DNA of 64,000 nt from Bugula neritina. Its lineage: Eukaryota; Animalia; Bryozoa. A model generated the notes under the pieces. It did no database searches. It saw nothing but the letters and a program-made list of their open reading frames with translations, and was not told where the DNA came from. Both the position numbers and the translations under genes were made by a program. Positions 1-10,460 of this stretch are shown here, piece by piece; positions within the stretch are counted from its first letter, which is position 1, and each line of letters opens with the position of its first letter. Location of the stretch: positions 12,308,741-12,372,740 of the forward strand of contig OZ037768.1 of the NCBI GenBank assembly GCA_964035545.1, read 5' to 3'.

Positions 1-801
1 AGGGGAGATAAGGTGTGGATGGTCAATTACCGTAGGCGCCGCGGACAGGCTGATAAGCTGAAGCCTAAGTTCGTAGGCCCCTACGTGGTCGTCGAGGCTA
101 TGCCCAATCATACGTACAAGATTGAGCGCTCAGGACAGGTGTCTATCCAGAATGAGTCTCGCTTGAAACCGTATTGGGCTAGCCCCGGCGAAGTGGGAGA
201 AGCCCCCCCGTTGTTAGAGCCCAGGAGGCAAACAACAACGCGCGGGCGACGGCGGCATGGACCTGAATACGAAGTGGTCATACCGCGGGAAGAAAACTTG
301 GTGAGAGAGGAGCGGCAGCTTTTGTCAACAGAAGCGTGTCCGCCACCGCCAAGTCTAATTCCATCACTTCCAGAAACCGAGCCGGTTCCGGAAGTGCAAA
401 CCCCCACGGAGGGAGGGGCTCCATCCGGAGAACAAGAAGAGGTGACCGCTGACGGTGAAGTAGAGACGCCATTAGAGGCCCCTACTAACGAACCGGCAAG
501 CGTGTCACCCCCCCTAGAAAGGGGACAGCGTACGAGGCAACCCCCCGCATGCTTGAAGGACTTCGTATGTGACTGCGTTAAAAGCGGCACACAGGAAAGT
601 CTAGGGGAAAACCGTACGAGAAAAGAATCGAGCAAATGTGGGAGTTGTCAACACCACGGAAATATCAACTTTTGTATCGGCGGAAATAGAAACAAAATTC
701 ATCCGCCGGGTGCACAAAGTCTTAATCACGCACCCCAACCACGTTGCTCGATCTTTTCATACGCTGATGCAGTCAGGAGTAGACGTGTTTCTAAGCAGTA
801 G
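1..801 (+). CDS. pol: Pol polyprotein C-terminus (integrase GPY/F module plus Pro/Glu-rich tail), 5' partial
   Basis: Open from base 1: GDKVWMVN...KLKPKFVGPYVVVEAMPNHTYKI...NESRLKPY is the typical Gypsy integrase GPY/F region. RGQRTRQPPACLKDFV matches the RxxRxRxPPxxLxDY/F tail motif. No chromodomain is recognisable. Stop TAG at 799-801. Confidence 0.88.
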   Translation, partial: RGDKVWMVNYRRRRGQADKLKPKFVGPYVVVEAMPNHTYKIERSGQVSIQNESRLKPYWASPGEVGEAPPLLEPRRQTTTRGRRRHGPEYEVVIPREENLVREERQLLSTEACPPPPSLIPSLPETEPVPEVQTPTEGGAPSGEQEEVTADGEVETPLEAPTNEPASVSPPLERGQRTRQPPACLKDFVCDCVKSGTQESLGENRTRKESSKCGSCQHHGNINFCIGGNRNKIHPPGAQSLNHAPQPRCSIFSYADAVRSRRVSKQ

Positions 802-825
802 TTCAAACCATTTCACACATTCAGT

Positions 826-1903
826 ATGTCTTACGACAACAGATCGTGGGGTGAGTTAACTATATCTTAATACGAAACTAGATTGCATCGCTCAGCTCTG
901 ACTCACTGAGTCAATCGAGCTGGAGATAGGTTAGTGAAATACCGTAGTAAGAACTCAGTTTGACTTAGAGATTTTTATAATCTCATTGCAATACGTGTTC
1001 TATCTGACTATTCACTACCATTAATCTCTACGAGGTAACTGAATTAGGAGTTGCCAAGCTGTTCAAGCTGACAACACAGCAGTGTACTGTATTAACACTG
1101 TTGAAACTTTTTCAGATTACACTCGACCCGCTACAACCAGGGTACGGGATAGAACACTTCCCGCTCCGTATCCGGAGGAGTATGCTAGTGGTGACCGGCC
1201 TGAGCCACTACGCCGCCGTTGGCGGTGGGTGTCTCCACAAACAGAGGAAGAAATAGAAACGGCCTGGGGGTCCAGAGGACGGACGAGATGCCAGATCTGT
1301 GGTGAAGATTGCGCCTCTCACCGCTCCCTTAAACTACACGTCAATGCTCATCTCCTACTAACATTCTGCCCCTGCGGGTACAATGATGTGTATCCCTACC
1401 CCGTCACCAGACACCGAGCGGCGGGCTGTTTCCCTGGAGAAAACTACGTGGTCGACGCTAAGCTATACCCGGAGTTCCTCACACTTATACGACCTCTGGT
1501 GAAGAAGGCCATGTTGTTAGCCGTTCTGTCCTCGGGGTTCCAACGTGTGTTAGACAACGCCCGCCAACAATCCCCGTTGGTGTCTGACCGTCCTCAAATT
1601 ACATACACCCCCGAGGAAATTACATATCCAGAAGAAGGAGAGATCTCCCCTACACCGGCGAAGAGACGAACCAGGTTCCCCAGTCCACCCTTGCGCCGCA
1701 GACGGACACCGTCCCCAGACCCAGTACGCCTGGCTACAGTAGAAGAACGCCTCCTACGATTACAAGAAGAGTTCACCCAGCTGGCACCAGATTTACTTAA
1801 CACTACCACAGGACTCTTCCAGCTAAAGGGATCCGTATGCCGTATGAAACGGAAACTGCGTACATGCCAAGCCAAGCACCGGCGTGCCCAACAAGGACTC
1901 TAG
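826..1903 (+). CDS. Retrotransposon accessory gene, two exons (826-850, 1116-1903), 270 aa; C2H2 + C2HC-like zinc fingers, basic segment, coiled coil
   Basis: ATG TCT TAC GAC AAC AGA TCG TGG G|GTGAGT (phase 1 donor at 851) and ACTTTTTCAG|AT TAC (phase 1 acceptor, AG at 1114-1115) join in frame to give MSYDNRSWDYTRP... The long ORF 1082-1903 has only a GTG start on its own. CQIC-x12-H-x3-H is followed by CPC-x12-H-x4-C. Confidence 0.75.
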
Positions 1904-2187
1904 TTAGACTACCCGGAGTACTCCAACTCCGCCTCTTGGGAGAAGCCAAGATGTCATGTAAATGTTTGACTGCTTAACAGGTTATCCCCTGTCTAACACC
2001 ACAGCTAGCTAGTATTCCTCATCTATCTACAGCTGGCCAATTGTATGCAACGGATCGTTACGATGACTCTGTCTATTATTATTATGTCTCTTCCTGTATA
2101 TTATGTGTTATTTTTGTCCACTGATGTATGCGGTTACTAATGAATGTTTTTTTTTATATATATATATCAGAAAGATGGCTTTCTGCT

Positions 2188-2198
2188 GGTGGGGGCGG
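2188..2198 (+). other. Polypurine tract (plus-strand primer site)
   Basis: GGTGGGGGCGG immediately 5' of TGTGGTG. Confidence 0.7.
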
Positions 2199-2479
2199 TG
2201 TGGTGGTTCGTGGAACTACCAGCAGCACAACATGTAGGGTCGCGTAATTGACCCGGAACAATGGATAGCCAATTAGCGTAGTTGATAGTTAGCAGCAATT
2301 GTAGTTTCCCGCTGCTAACTCAGTCGAAGCTAGAGTGTGAAATAGATTTGATGTGTAACTTGTTTGGAGATAATGTATCGTTTTTATAATGTATAATTGT
2401 GTGTAAAATATACTCGTTCACTCGACTTATCCTGGTGCAGTTCTATAGTAAATAAATAGACTCTCTGGATAGCACATCA
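2199..2479 (+). repeat. 3' LTR (about 281 bp)
   Basis: Starts TG after the PPT. TATA-like sequence near 2385-2397, AATAAA at 2451-2456, ends CACATCA (imperfect inverse of TGTGGTG). The right boundary cannot be confirmed without the 5' LTR and TSD. Confidence 0.62.
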
Positions 2480-2531
2480 ACCCTAAATCTGAAAATCTTA
2501 ACACAATAACTATGTGCAGGCTGTATCTTAC

Positions 2532-3893
2532 CTTCATACAAATCGCTCTCTAGTTTCACATTTGTCAAGATTCCATTTTTGCAGTTTGGTTGATCTTCAC
2601 CTCCGTTTGGAAAGAAATCAGCATGTCCAGAAAGTTCTTTTGAGCCAAAACCTAGCAATATTATTCATGCAGCAAAGATTCTTTCAAAGTAATTATACAT
2701 TTAAATGTAGTGTTTGTTTTAAAGAGAGATCAAGTTGAAGGATTATTGAATTCATGTTCATCTAGTGCAGGGGTGGGCAACTTCTTTTTTAGGAGGGCCA
2801 AGTTCAGAAGTCAGCCAAGTCGAAAGGTCATATGATTGCCCACATATATCAAAATTTACTATAATAAGTAATTTGTCACCAAACCTATACTGTGCTAATC
2901 AGACTGCATATAGCATTTTTTACTTATCTTGAGCATTAAACGGCCACTGAAAAATACGAAAAGGGTCACATGTGGCTCTGAAGCTTATAGTTGCCCACCA
3001 CTGATCTAGTAAATGTGCTTTCCAACCATAAAAATGCTTAAAGCTATCTTTTTCTGCAGAACATGCTTCATGCTAATGAAAATTCTGATTGAGGCGCATG
3101 CATTTCACATTTCACACTATTTGTATTTAAACTATTTGCTGTTCATGCTGACGTCCAGCTAGCCAATCTGAAACACTGCAGTATTATTACCAAAGCGACA
3201 AAAAACCTACCTCCTTCTCCAGAGATTACTTCAGTTATAGAGTCAGCGTCACTATGTATTATATCAACAAACTGGGCATCAGAAGGATCAAGTCGAATAG
3301 AGGTACTGTATCCTGTGAAACACAAGTATAGTCCAACATGGCGATAAGATTTTCGGTTTCAGCTACATATTTATGTATTTTATACATATAAAACTGGAAA
3401 ACATTTAGTAGAATTAATTAGTTAAACTCTTATTGCACTGTATATAATAATGAATTATAATGCAATTGTCCTAACATTATTCATGCTGTATATCAAGTCA
3501 TTACTTATCAGGAGAACCTGGAAAGGAACAAACGTTACCAAAGGATTTTATCTAAAGTGTAAAAAAGCTATTATTTTTGCTTTTACAGATCATAAAAGCT
3601 TGGACATGTATGCATGATGTACTTCAGAGATCTGTAATGAACACTGATGACTATATATAAAAATTTAGGCTTATTTAAGCTTTTGATCTCAAAATCTTAG
3701 TTTTCATCACAACCTCTAAAATTCGCTTAACTAAAATTTTATGATACTTTGAACTTCAAGCAAAATAAATTAATACAACTTTCTGGTGGGTGCCACATTT
3801 CTATTGGAAAAAACGATGTGCTGTTTCTGATGAATCACACTAAATCTAAATTTGTTGAAGTAAAATCAATTAATCAACCAACCAATCAACCAA

Positions 3894-3938
<45 letters not shown>

Positions 3939-6588
3939 TGACTGAATTCCCACAAAAAAATACTTGCACTTAGCTTTGTCATGTCATAGTATTTAAATTG
4001 ACATATTCTATCAATCAGCAATTTTATATTGAGTTTTAGTTTAGTGAAGGTTTTTATTTATTTCTTATAGCCCGGAAGTTATAGGGTTAACAATTTTTTA
4101 TAAGCCTACACTTCTTGCATGTTAATATGTAGTAGATGGTGTAATTCTTCATTAAGCCCTTCATAACAAAATAAATATTGCGTTTCAATTCTTCAGTTCA
4201 GATGGAATACCTTCAAAGTAAGGCTCTGCAGGATCTAGACCGGTTATTCTCCCAATAGCCGATGACAGGTTTTTACCCACATACCCAGAAATGTGAGATC
4301 CAAGACTATGGCCAATCAGATGGACATTAGCAAGAGGCATAGAGTTGGTTTTCTAAAATAAGAAAAAAAGGTTTAATGTATTGATAACAGTTTAAGAAAG
4401 CGGCTTAACTTATGCCTTTCAGAATATGTCAAGTGAGTATATAATACAAAATATGTTGTAACTGATACAGTTTTGATATATCTGCAGTCAAGGACAACAT
4501 CATTCTGTCATAGTACTGTGGCAAGGTTCTGAGGCTGAATGTTTTCAAAATCAGAGGTCAAGTAAATAAATGTTAAGGTCAAGGTTAGAGGTCGAGAGGA
4601 ATATTTGAACTATGAAAAATTTGATTATGATATTATAATAAATGGATGCCATTTGTACTAATCCTTAATGATTTCATAAATACTAAATACTACAGACTCA
4701 TCACAGGAAATAGCACATTGATCCACTTTTAGCTGCACTTAGGTCTACATATTTTTTATGAAAGACAACTTCAAATTGGCTAAAAAAAGGTTCCGATGCG
4801 AAGAGCGATAGTTCACCATGGTGCAATTTAGCAGTTCATATAGATTTATATCGTATATAAGAAAGGTTTTACTTTCAACATATATTTATTACTATAGTAT
4901 AATAACAAAAGTACCATGAGTGACTTTATTAGGTATACAATCTCTGCAGCCACCACTCTCGTATTGGCTGTAGCCTGAGTATATAGCGTTTTTGATCCTC
5001 TTATGCCTCCCCAGTCTACATTTATTACATTGAAATCACCATTTTTAAGGAGCTCATCATTCATTGGCTAGAAAAAATACAATGACGACTAATGAAGATG
5101 GTAAAAACTACAGTGATAAAAATATATTCTCAGTATCGGAGTTAAAGCCACCTAATCAGGACATAGCCATAAAAGGTGAACAAGGTGAACATTGAAATTA
5201 GTAAACGATAGCTGCATGTACAAATTCTAACTTCAGTCTCAATGTTTTAACACGTTTTGCATTAAGTCTTTACAAATCTGTAACATTTATGTGAAGCATA
5301 AAACTTTATAATGATGTAATTTTGTTTTCACAGCAAAATAACTGCTATTTCTTCACTTTACATTCAATACAGTACGTGCTCACCTGAAACCAACTAGCTT
5401 TAGCGCTTTCTAAAAATCCATGAATCATAAATTTGGTCTTTCTGTCAGCATTAAAATATGATCCAGATAACGTGCTGATGTCATCTGCCTTTAAATTTTG
5501 GCCATTCTTTGGATTTCTCCTTGTGAATAACTAAACATTGTCGTAAAACGTATTTTAAACATGATTATATATTTACATATAATGGAAAGTACCCATACAG
5601 ATTCAATACAATACAATAGAGGAACTAACCAGCTGAATAATCTAATTGCATATAAATGTCACTTTTCTACTTATATTTCACAGGTAAAGCGTGTTATGAC
5701 AAGCCAAAATGGAGTAAAACTTTTCAAATACCGTAAATTGAGTATTGATTGTTTCTCTAGAGTTTGGTTTAAAGTTTACTGGTCGATCAGAGAAATCTCC
5801 ATCAATAGGAAAGCAGCCAAGTTTGTCATGGCAATAAGGCTTGTCACTTGAAAACAAGAATCTTTCTAAAATATAATGATGCAAGCATGTAATTTATGAA
5901 TATTAAGCAAATGTTATGACAATGAAAAAAATTACTAAATTTGCTAAAAATTAAAAAGACATTGAGTAGAAAAATTTTTCTATCATACATTGCAATGTGA
6001 CTTACTGTTACGAGTTGAAGATTCATGCTTATCAGTGTGGGGCTTGTCTTGAACTAAAATAGAAAGCCATGTAGAATAGCTGGATGGTGCTGAAGCAACA
6101 AACTGTAAGCAAAGCAGCCAATATATTATTATGTCAGTCAGAATCTGCCGAAAGTAACACCTCAACAACATTGGGGACCAGTCAATATTCCCTATATATT
6201 CCTAGGCCCATTATATACATTTCATAATGTCTATGCATTCATAAACAGATTTACTATATGCTAGGTGAGATTATTGCAATGCAATGGCAATAAAGTGATA
6301 AAATAATTATTCTCTCCTTGCTCCCACATAATGCAAATAGCTCTATTTAAAACTAATACCTTTTCCTTATAAATAGGGTATGTGGGCATTCAGGTATGAG
6401 GGTGTGTGCCTGTGTGAAAGATTTCCAAAGACACCTGTAAAATTCTATACCAACTTTGAACTACTACCTTGATCTCCAAGTAATTTCTTTAACTCTTCCA
6501 CCTCTTCGTGGACATTGTAGTGAGCTTCAGAAATGCAGAAAAATGTACCCACTACAGCCAAAAGCAAGATGATAGCACAATGCTTCAT
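2532..6588 (-). CDS. Pancreatic triacylglycerol lipase-related protein, 3' partial
   Basis: Phase-consistent GT-AG exons: 6588-6468, 6053-6006, 5865-5732, 5530-5384, 5067-4915, 4352-4211, 3312-3211, 2651-2532. Motifs: signal peptide [56 protein letters not shown] (catalytic Ser), [13 protein letters not shown] (catalytic Asp), [32 protein letters not shown]. The catalytic His and C-terminus lie beyond the retrotransposon. Confidence 0.93.
2768..3003. mobile_element. hAT (Charlie-like) MITE, 236 bp
   Basis: TIRs CAGGGGTGGGCAAC / GTTGCCCACCACTG. 8-bp TSD ATCTAGTG (2760-2767) / ATCTAGTA (3004-3011), resembling the NTCTAGAN target preference. Confidence 0.85.
3866..3936. repeat. (CAAT/CAAC)n tetranucleotide microsatellite
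   Basis: Read directly from the sequence. Confidence 0.9.
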
Positions 6589-6828
6589 GACTGAAGGACG
6601 AAAACTGTAATAAAACAGTAAACTACAGTGACCGTCATTTCATGAGTAATTGACATCGTTGTAGTTATGATACATCAACCTAGTTATACTGTTATAGTAA
6701 TGATGTTGCATAAAATCAAATCTAAACATATCGGATTTATAATTGAAAAAGAGAAGTCCAAAAAAAATTCTTAGATTAACCTTGGCAGATGAAAATCATG
6801 TTACTATTTTTAGGATACTGTATAAACT

Positions 6829-7231
6829 GGTGACACGACATTTCGAAAATGACAATTGGAAAACACCTATTTAGAAAATGGACAATTAGAAAATGGAAAA
6901 TTGGAAAATGAAAAATATGCAACATGGTCTAGTCCTGAGGGGTTGTCTGGCATCTGGTCAATTCCAAAATAGCTTTTAAAAATAAATATAATGGCCCAAT
7001 CAGTTAGGCCATCATGGAAATAGAATTAGTTGCCAAGTAGTTCTAATTGAAAATTGCTCATATTTAAGAAAAGCTTTTTGAACCCAACCAGATACTAAAC
7101 GCCTCCTCTGGAATAGGCCATGTTGAATATTTTTTATTTTCCGAATGCCTATTTTCCAATTGTCCATTTTCTAATTGTCCATTTTCCAAATAGGTGTTTT
7201 CCAATTGTCATTTTCGAAATGTCGCGGATTC
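6829..7231. mobile_element. Non-autonomous foldback / Mutator-like element with long TIRs made of ~15-bp subrepeats
   Basis: CGACATTTCGAAAATGACAATTGGAAAACACCTATTT at the left is mirrored by AAATAGGTGTTTTCCAATTGTCATTTTCGAAATGTCG at the right. Flanked by a 9-bp TSD with one mismatch, GTATAAACT (6820-6828) / ATATAAACT (7232-7240). Confidence 0.82.
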
Positions 7232-8588
7232 ATATAAACTAATTAAATTAGCCTGAAATATTGACAAAAATACATCTAAGCCAAGTGTTTATAATATAAA
7301 TAAGTTTGAGTTAACAATAATTCATTTCCTAAATCACCAGTTAGACATAATTCAAGTTTGAAAGTGTATTTAAATGATGCTGTTATAGACTAGCAATAAG
7401 CATCAATTATAACAAAATCACTCATAACAAAACATTATGTACAATATACTAACTGCTCCATACACAGTGTCCTACCTCTGTCTTCCAGTGCTTTAGTACC
7501 ACAAAGCTAATTAAGTTGAGGCAGTGTCAGCTCCATTAGTTAATGTTGAGCCATCAGCATGAGAATAAAGCAGGGTGACCAGATGGTATGTACATGATAA
7601 GCTTGCAGATTACATAACAGGAACTTCTTTATTAGCGCTGTAATTTGGTGTAATCATGCATCACATGTATAGTTTCAAAACAGCAATTTTATCTACTTTA
7701 TGCAAGAAAAGATAAATGATTTAATTGTAAGATGTGTGACCTGTTACATTATATATAATCTATAAACACAGCGCTGTTATATATTTAAAGATAAAGTCAG
7801 ATTGAAATACTCAGCAAAGAACCTAAAGATTTTTGATTATTTTGATTAGAAGTGTAAAACACAATTGTGCATGGTTCATGTGAATATGGAAACACCAGCA
7901 ACAGTTGCAATTAGAGCAAAAGTTATTAGCATAGTGTGTAGCTAATTTAAAAACTTTACTGAAAACATTATTATCATCATGAAGCTAATTAGAGAATCTA
8001 TACAAAGTGGAGCTGTTATGAAGTTACTTATAGATACAGCTTCATTTTAATTTTGTTCTCAATGAAAAGTTAGAAAAAGGATATCTATTAATTAACATTT
8101 TTTTCCCCCACTTGTCTTGTAATATGTGGCATGTTTCTTTAAACTACTGTATTCTCACCTATTCTCACCTATCTCCGCTTTGTCCTGTTCCGTAGCAGGT
8201 AATATTAATAACAATAGTGAATATTAATAGTCATACTGATACTACTACTGCATACGCCCACTTTATTATCTGCCATACATGCTATGTGCTGTACAACCAG
8301 CTTCTTATGTAACCTTGTAGCACTGTTATATAATTTCTGTTGGCACCTTCTAAAGTTGGGGGTAATTCTTGCTATGTGCTTGGTTGAATAAGTTGGTTTG
8401 CAAAATATAAAGAAAGCTATTGGACAACATAATGTATTTGAATCTAAAGTGGAACCACTCTCCCTGAATGAAGGACTCTCTCAGTGTTTCGTTTTTCTTT
8501 GTAAAAGGTGCAGCTAACTCCCAGGCAGTATAGCAAATAGTGCGCTTTCAGACGACATAGTTCTTGGCTGAAAGATCATTAGTTGGTG

Positions 8589-8681
8589 TAGTGCTGAGTT
8601 TACCCAGTGACCCCTGTGCTGTAATGGTAGCTGGCCTGTTTGCAAGCCAGAGGTTTCGAGTTCGAATACCAGTGGGGGGCA
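8589..8681 (+). repeat. tRNA-derived repeat (SINE-like), copy 1
   Basis: A-box-like TGCTGTAATGG and B-box GAGTTCGAATACC. Acceptor-like and D-like stems are present but the anticodon stem is broken. Homologous to 60243-60335. Confidence 0.65.
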
Positions 8682-9339
8682 ACAATTTTATAGTTGGAAC
8701 TTAAATTTGAAGTGATATTTGCCTACTTTTTGATGAGAGTTTAAGCTTAAACTTTCACACCTGAGAGTTTGATGTGATGGAGCACTACTACCTTTAACTC
8801 TACGCGCCATTTAGCGTACCTCTTTAGACTGCGCTCAATATTCACTTTCTCAATATTCTCAATATTCACATTCTCATTTTGCTATGAATCTCGAAATCAG
8901 TTTATCGCACATTATTTAGGGCTAAATAACACAGGAGTGAAGTTAGTAAAGACTGCTAGATGCAGCACAAACCTTGAGGTGATTGAGTACAACGCTAATA
9001 TACACATCTTTGTCAAAACTCTGAACTGCCTAATCACAGCACTTAGTGACCCCAAGCTTTGTGCTGTCTCAATAGTTTTTAAAACGAGTGCACTAAAATA
9101 ATATACAGCGGTGTGCTTTATTATTTCAATCAATGAACAAAGTCAACTCGCAACTGTAAGTCAATGATAATTTAATAAATCATCATCATTGTGATTATGT
9201 ATAACAGTTAATGTTATATTGTAACTGTAAGTATGACTATGAATATAACTGATACAATTTGACTAAAAGTGAATTTAGTATTACTTATTATTCTTATAGT
9301 TAATAAGTTATAGTTAAACTGAACTGATAATGATAATGT

Positions 9340-10460
9340 TATGCTAATAGTAATACTAATAGTAATACTAATAGTAATAGTAATATTAATAGTAATACTA
9401 ATAGTAATAGTAATACTAAGAGTAAGTCTAATACTAATAGTAATAGTAATACTAATAGTAATACTTATTATTATACTAATAGAAATATTAAGTCCAATGG
9501 CAATAGCCAATGCAATAGCCATAGGCAGTAGACGTAGTATAAGTATTACTATTACTATTACTATTAGTATTACTATTACTATTAGTATTAGTACTAGACT
9601 ATTAGTACTAGTATTACGGTAATACTAATACTAATAGTAATACTAATAGTAATAGTAATACTAATACTATTAGTATTACTATTACTATTAGTATTAGTAG
9701 CACTAAATTCAATCATCAATGGTTTATGACAGTGAGTGTGATTCATGACTATCAGTATCACTATGAGTATGATACTATAATTATGTCTGTTGAACATAGA
9801 CTTAGTATAAGTATTAGTATTACTATTAGTATTACTATTACTAAGTCTACTAGTATTAGTATTACTATTCAAGTTTAACTAATACTAATAGTAATAATAT
9901 TACTATTAGTATTACTATTAGTAGGCTATTAGTATCACTATCAGTATTACTATTACTATTAGTATTAGTAATATTATTACTACCCTTTATAGTATTACAC
10001 TGTTACTATTAGTAATAGTATTACTAATGTACTTGTAGTAACACTAACTGTATTAATAATAATAATAGTAAATGTAAATAATTAAATACCCATACTGATA
10101 CTAATAATGATAGTATTAGTAATACAAATATTTATATAGTAAATGTAATACTAATAGCAGTGCTAGGTCAAGTATAATAGAAATACTTATAGTAAATGTA
10201 GTAGTATACTTACACTTATAGCTATGCTATTAGTATTACTTTAACTTATAGTCTGATAGTGATACTCAGTATGTAATTGTACTTGTTGTAAACTAGTACA
10301 CCAATACTATTGCTATAACTCGGACACCAATGGCAATACTAACACTAATAATAATAGCAGTAGTACTATAGCTATCAGTATAACAATAATATAAATAGTT
10401 ACATGAAAGCTTTTAATTTTGTTAATATAAATACGAATAGTAATACTAATAGTATTACAT
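9340..10460. repeat. Low-complexity (TAA/TAG/TAC) satellite with blocks in alternating orientation
   Basis: GTAATACTAATA units alternate with their reverse complement TATTAGTATTAC. This produces the Ile/Val/Thr-rich spurious ORFs. Confidence 0.9.

Larger units (their letters stand above)
1..2479 (+). mobile_element. Ty3/Gypsy LTR retrotransposon, 3' part (5' part outside window)
   Basis: GC-rich block in an AT-rich host. It contains the integrase C-terminus, an extra ORF, a purine-rich tract GGTGGGGGCGG (2188-2198) directly followed by TG, and a candidate LTR ending in CA at 2479. Confidence 0.9.

Noticed and set aside
108-635. Antisense ORFs within the retroelement (also 1594-1875)
   Set aside because: Shadows of GC-rich sense ORFs, with no motifs.
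1082-1903. Extra retroelement ORF interpreted as env
   Set aside because: No signal peptide, fusion peptide or C-terminal transmembrane anchor. It has zinc-finger and NLS-like features instead.
6829-7231. CRISPR-like array from the 15-bp subrepeats
   Set aside because: Eukaryotic context, no unique spacers, and the repeats are part of TIRs.
8609-8680. Functional tRNA gene (also 60244-60314)
   Set aside because: The anticodon stem does not pair in register and the two copies are strongly diverged. Treated as a repeat.
9214-9872. Hydrophobic Ile/Val/Thr-rich ORFs resembling membrane proteins
   Set aside because: Translations of a simple repeat.
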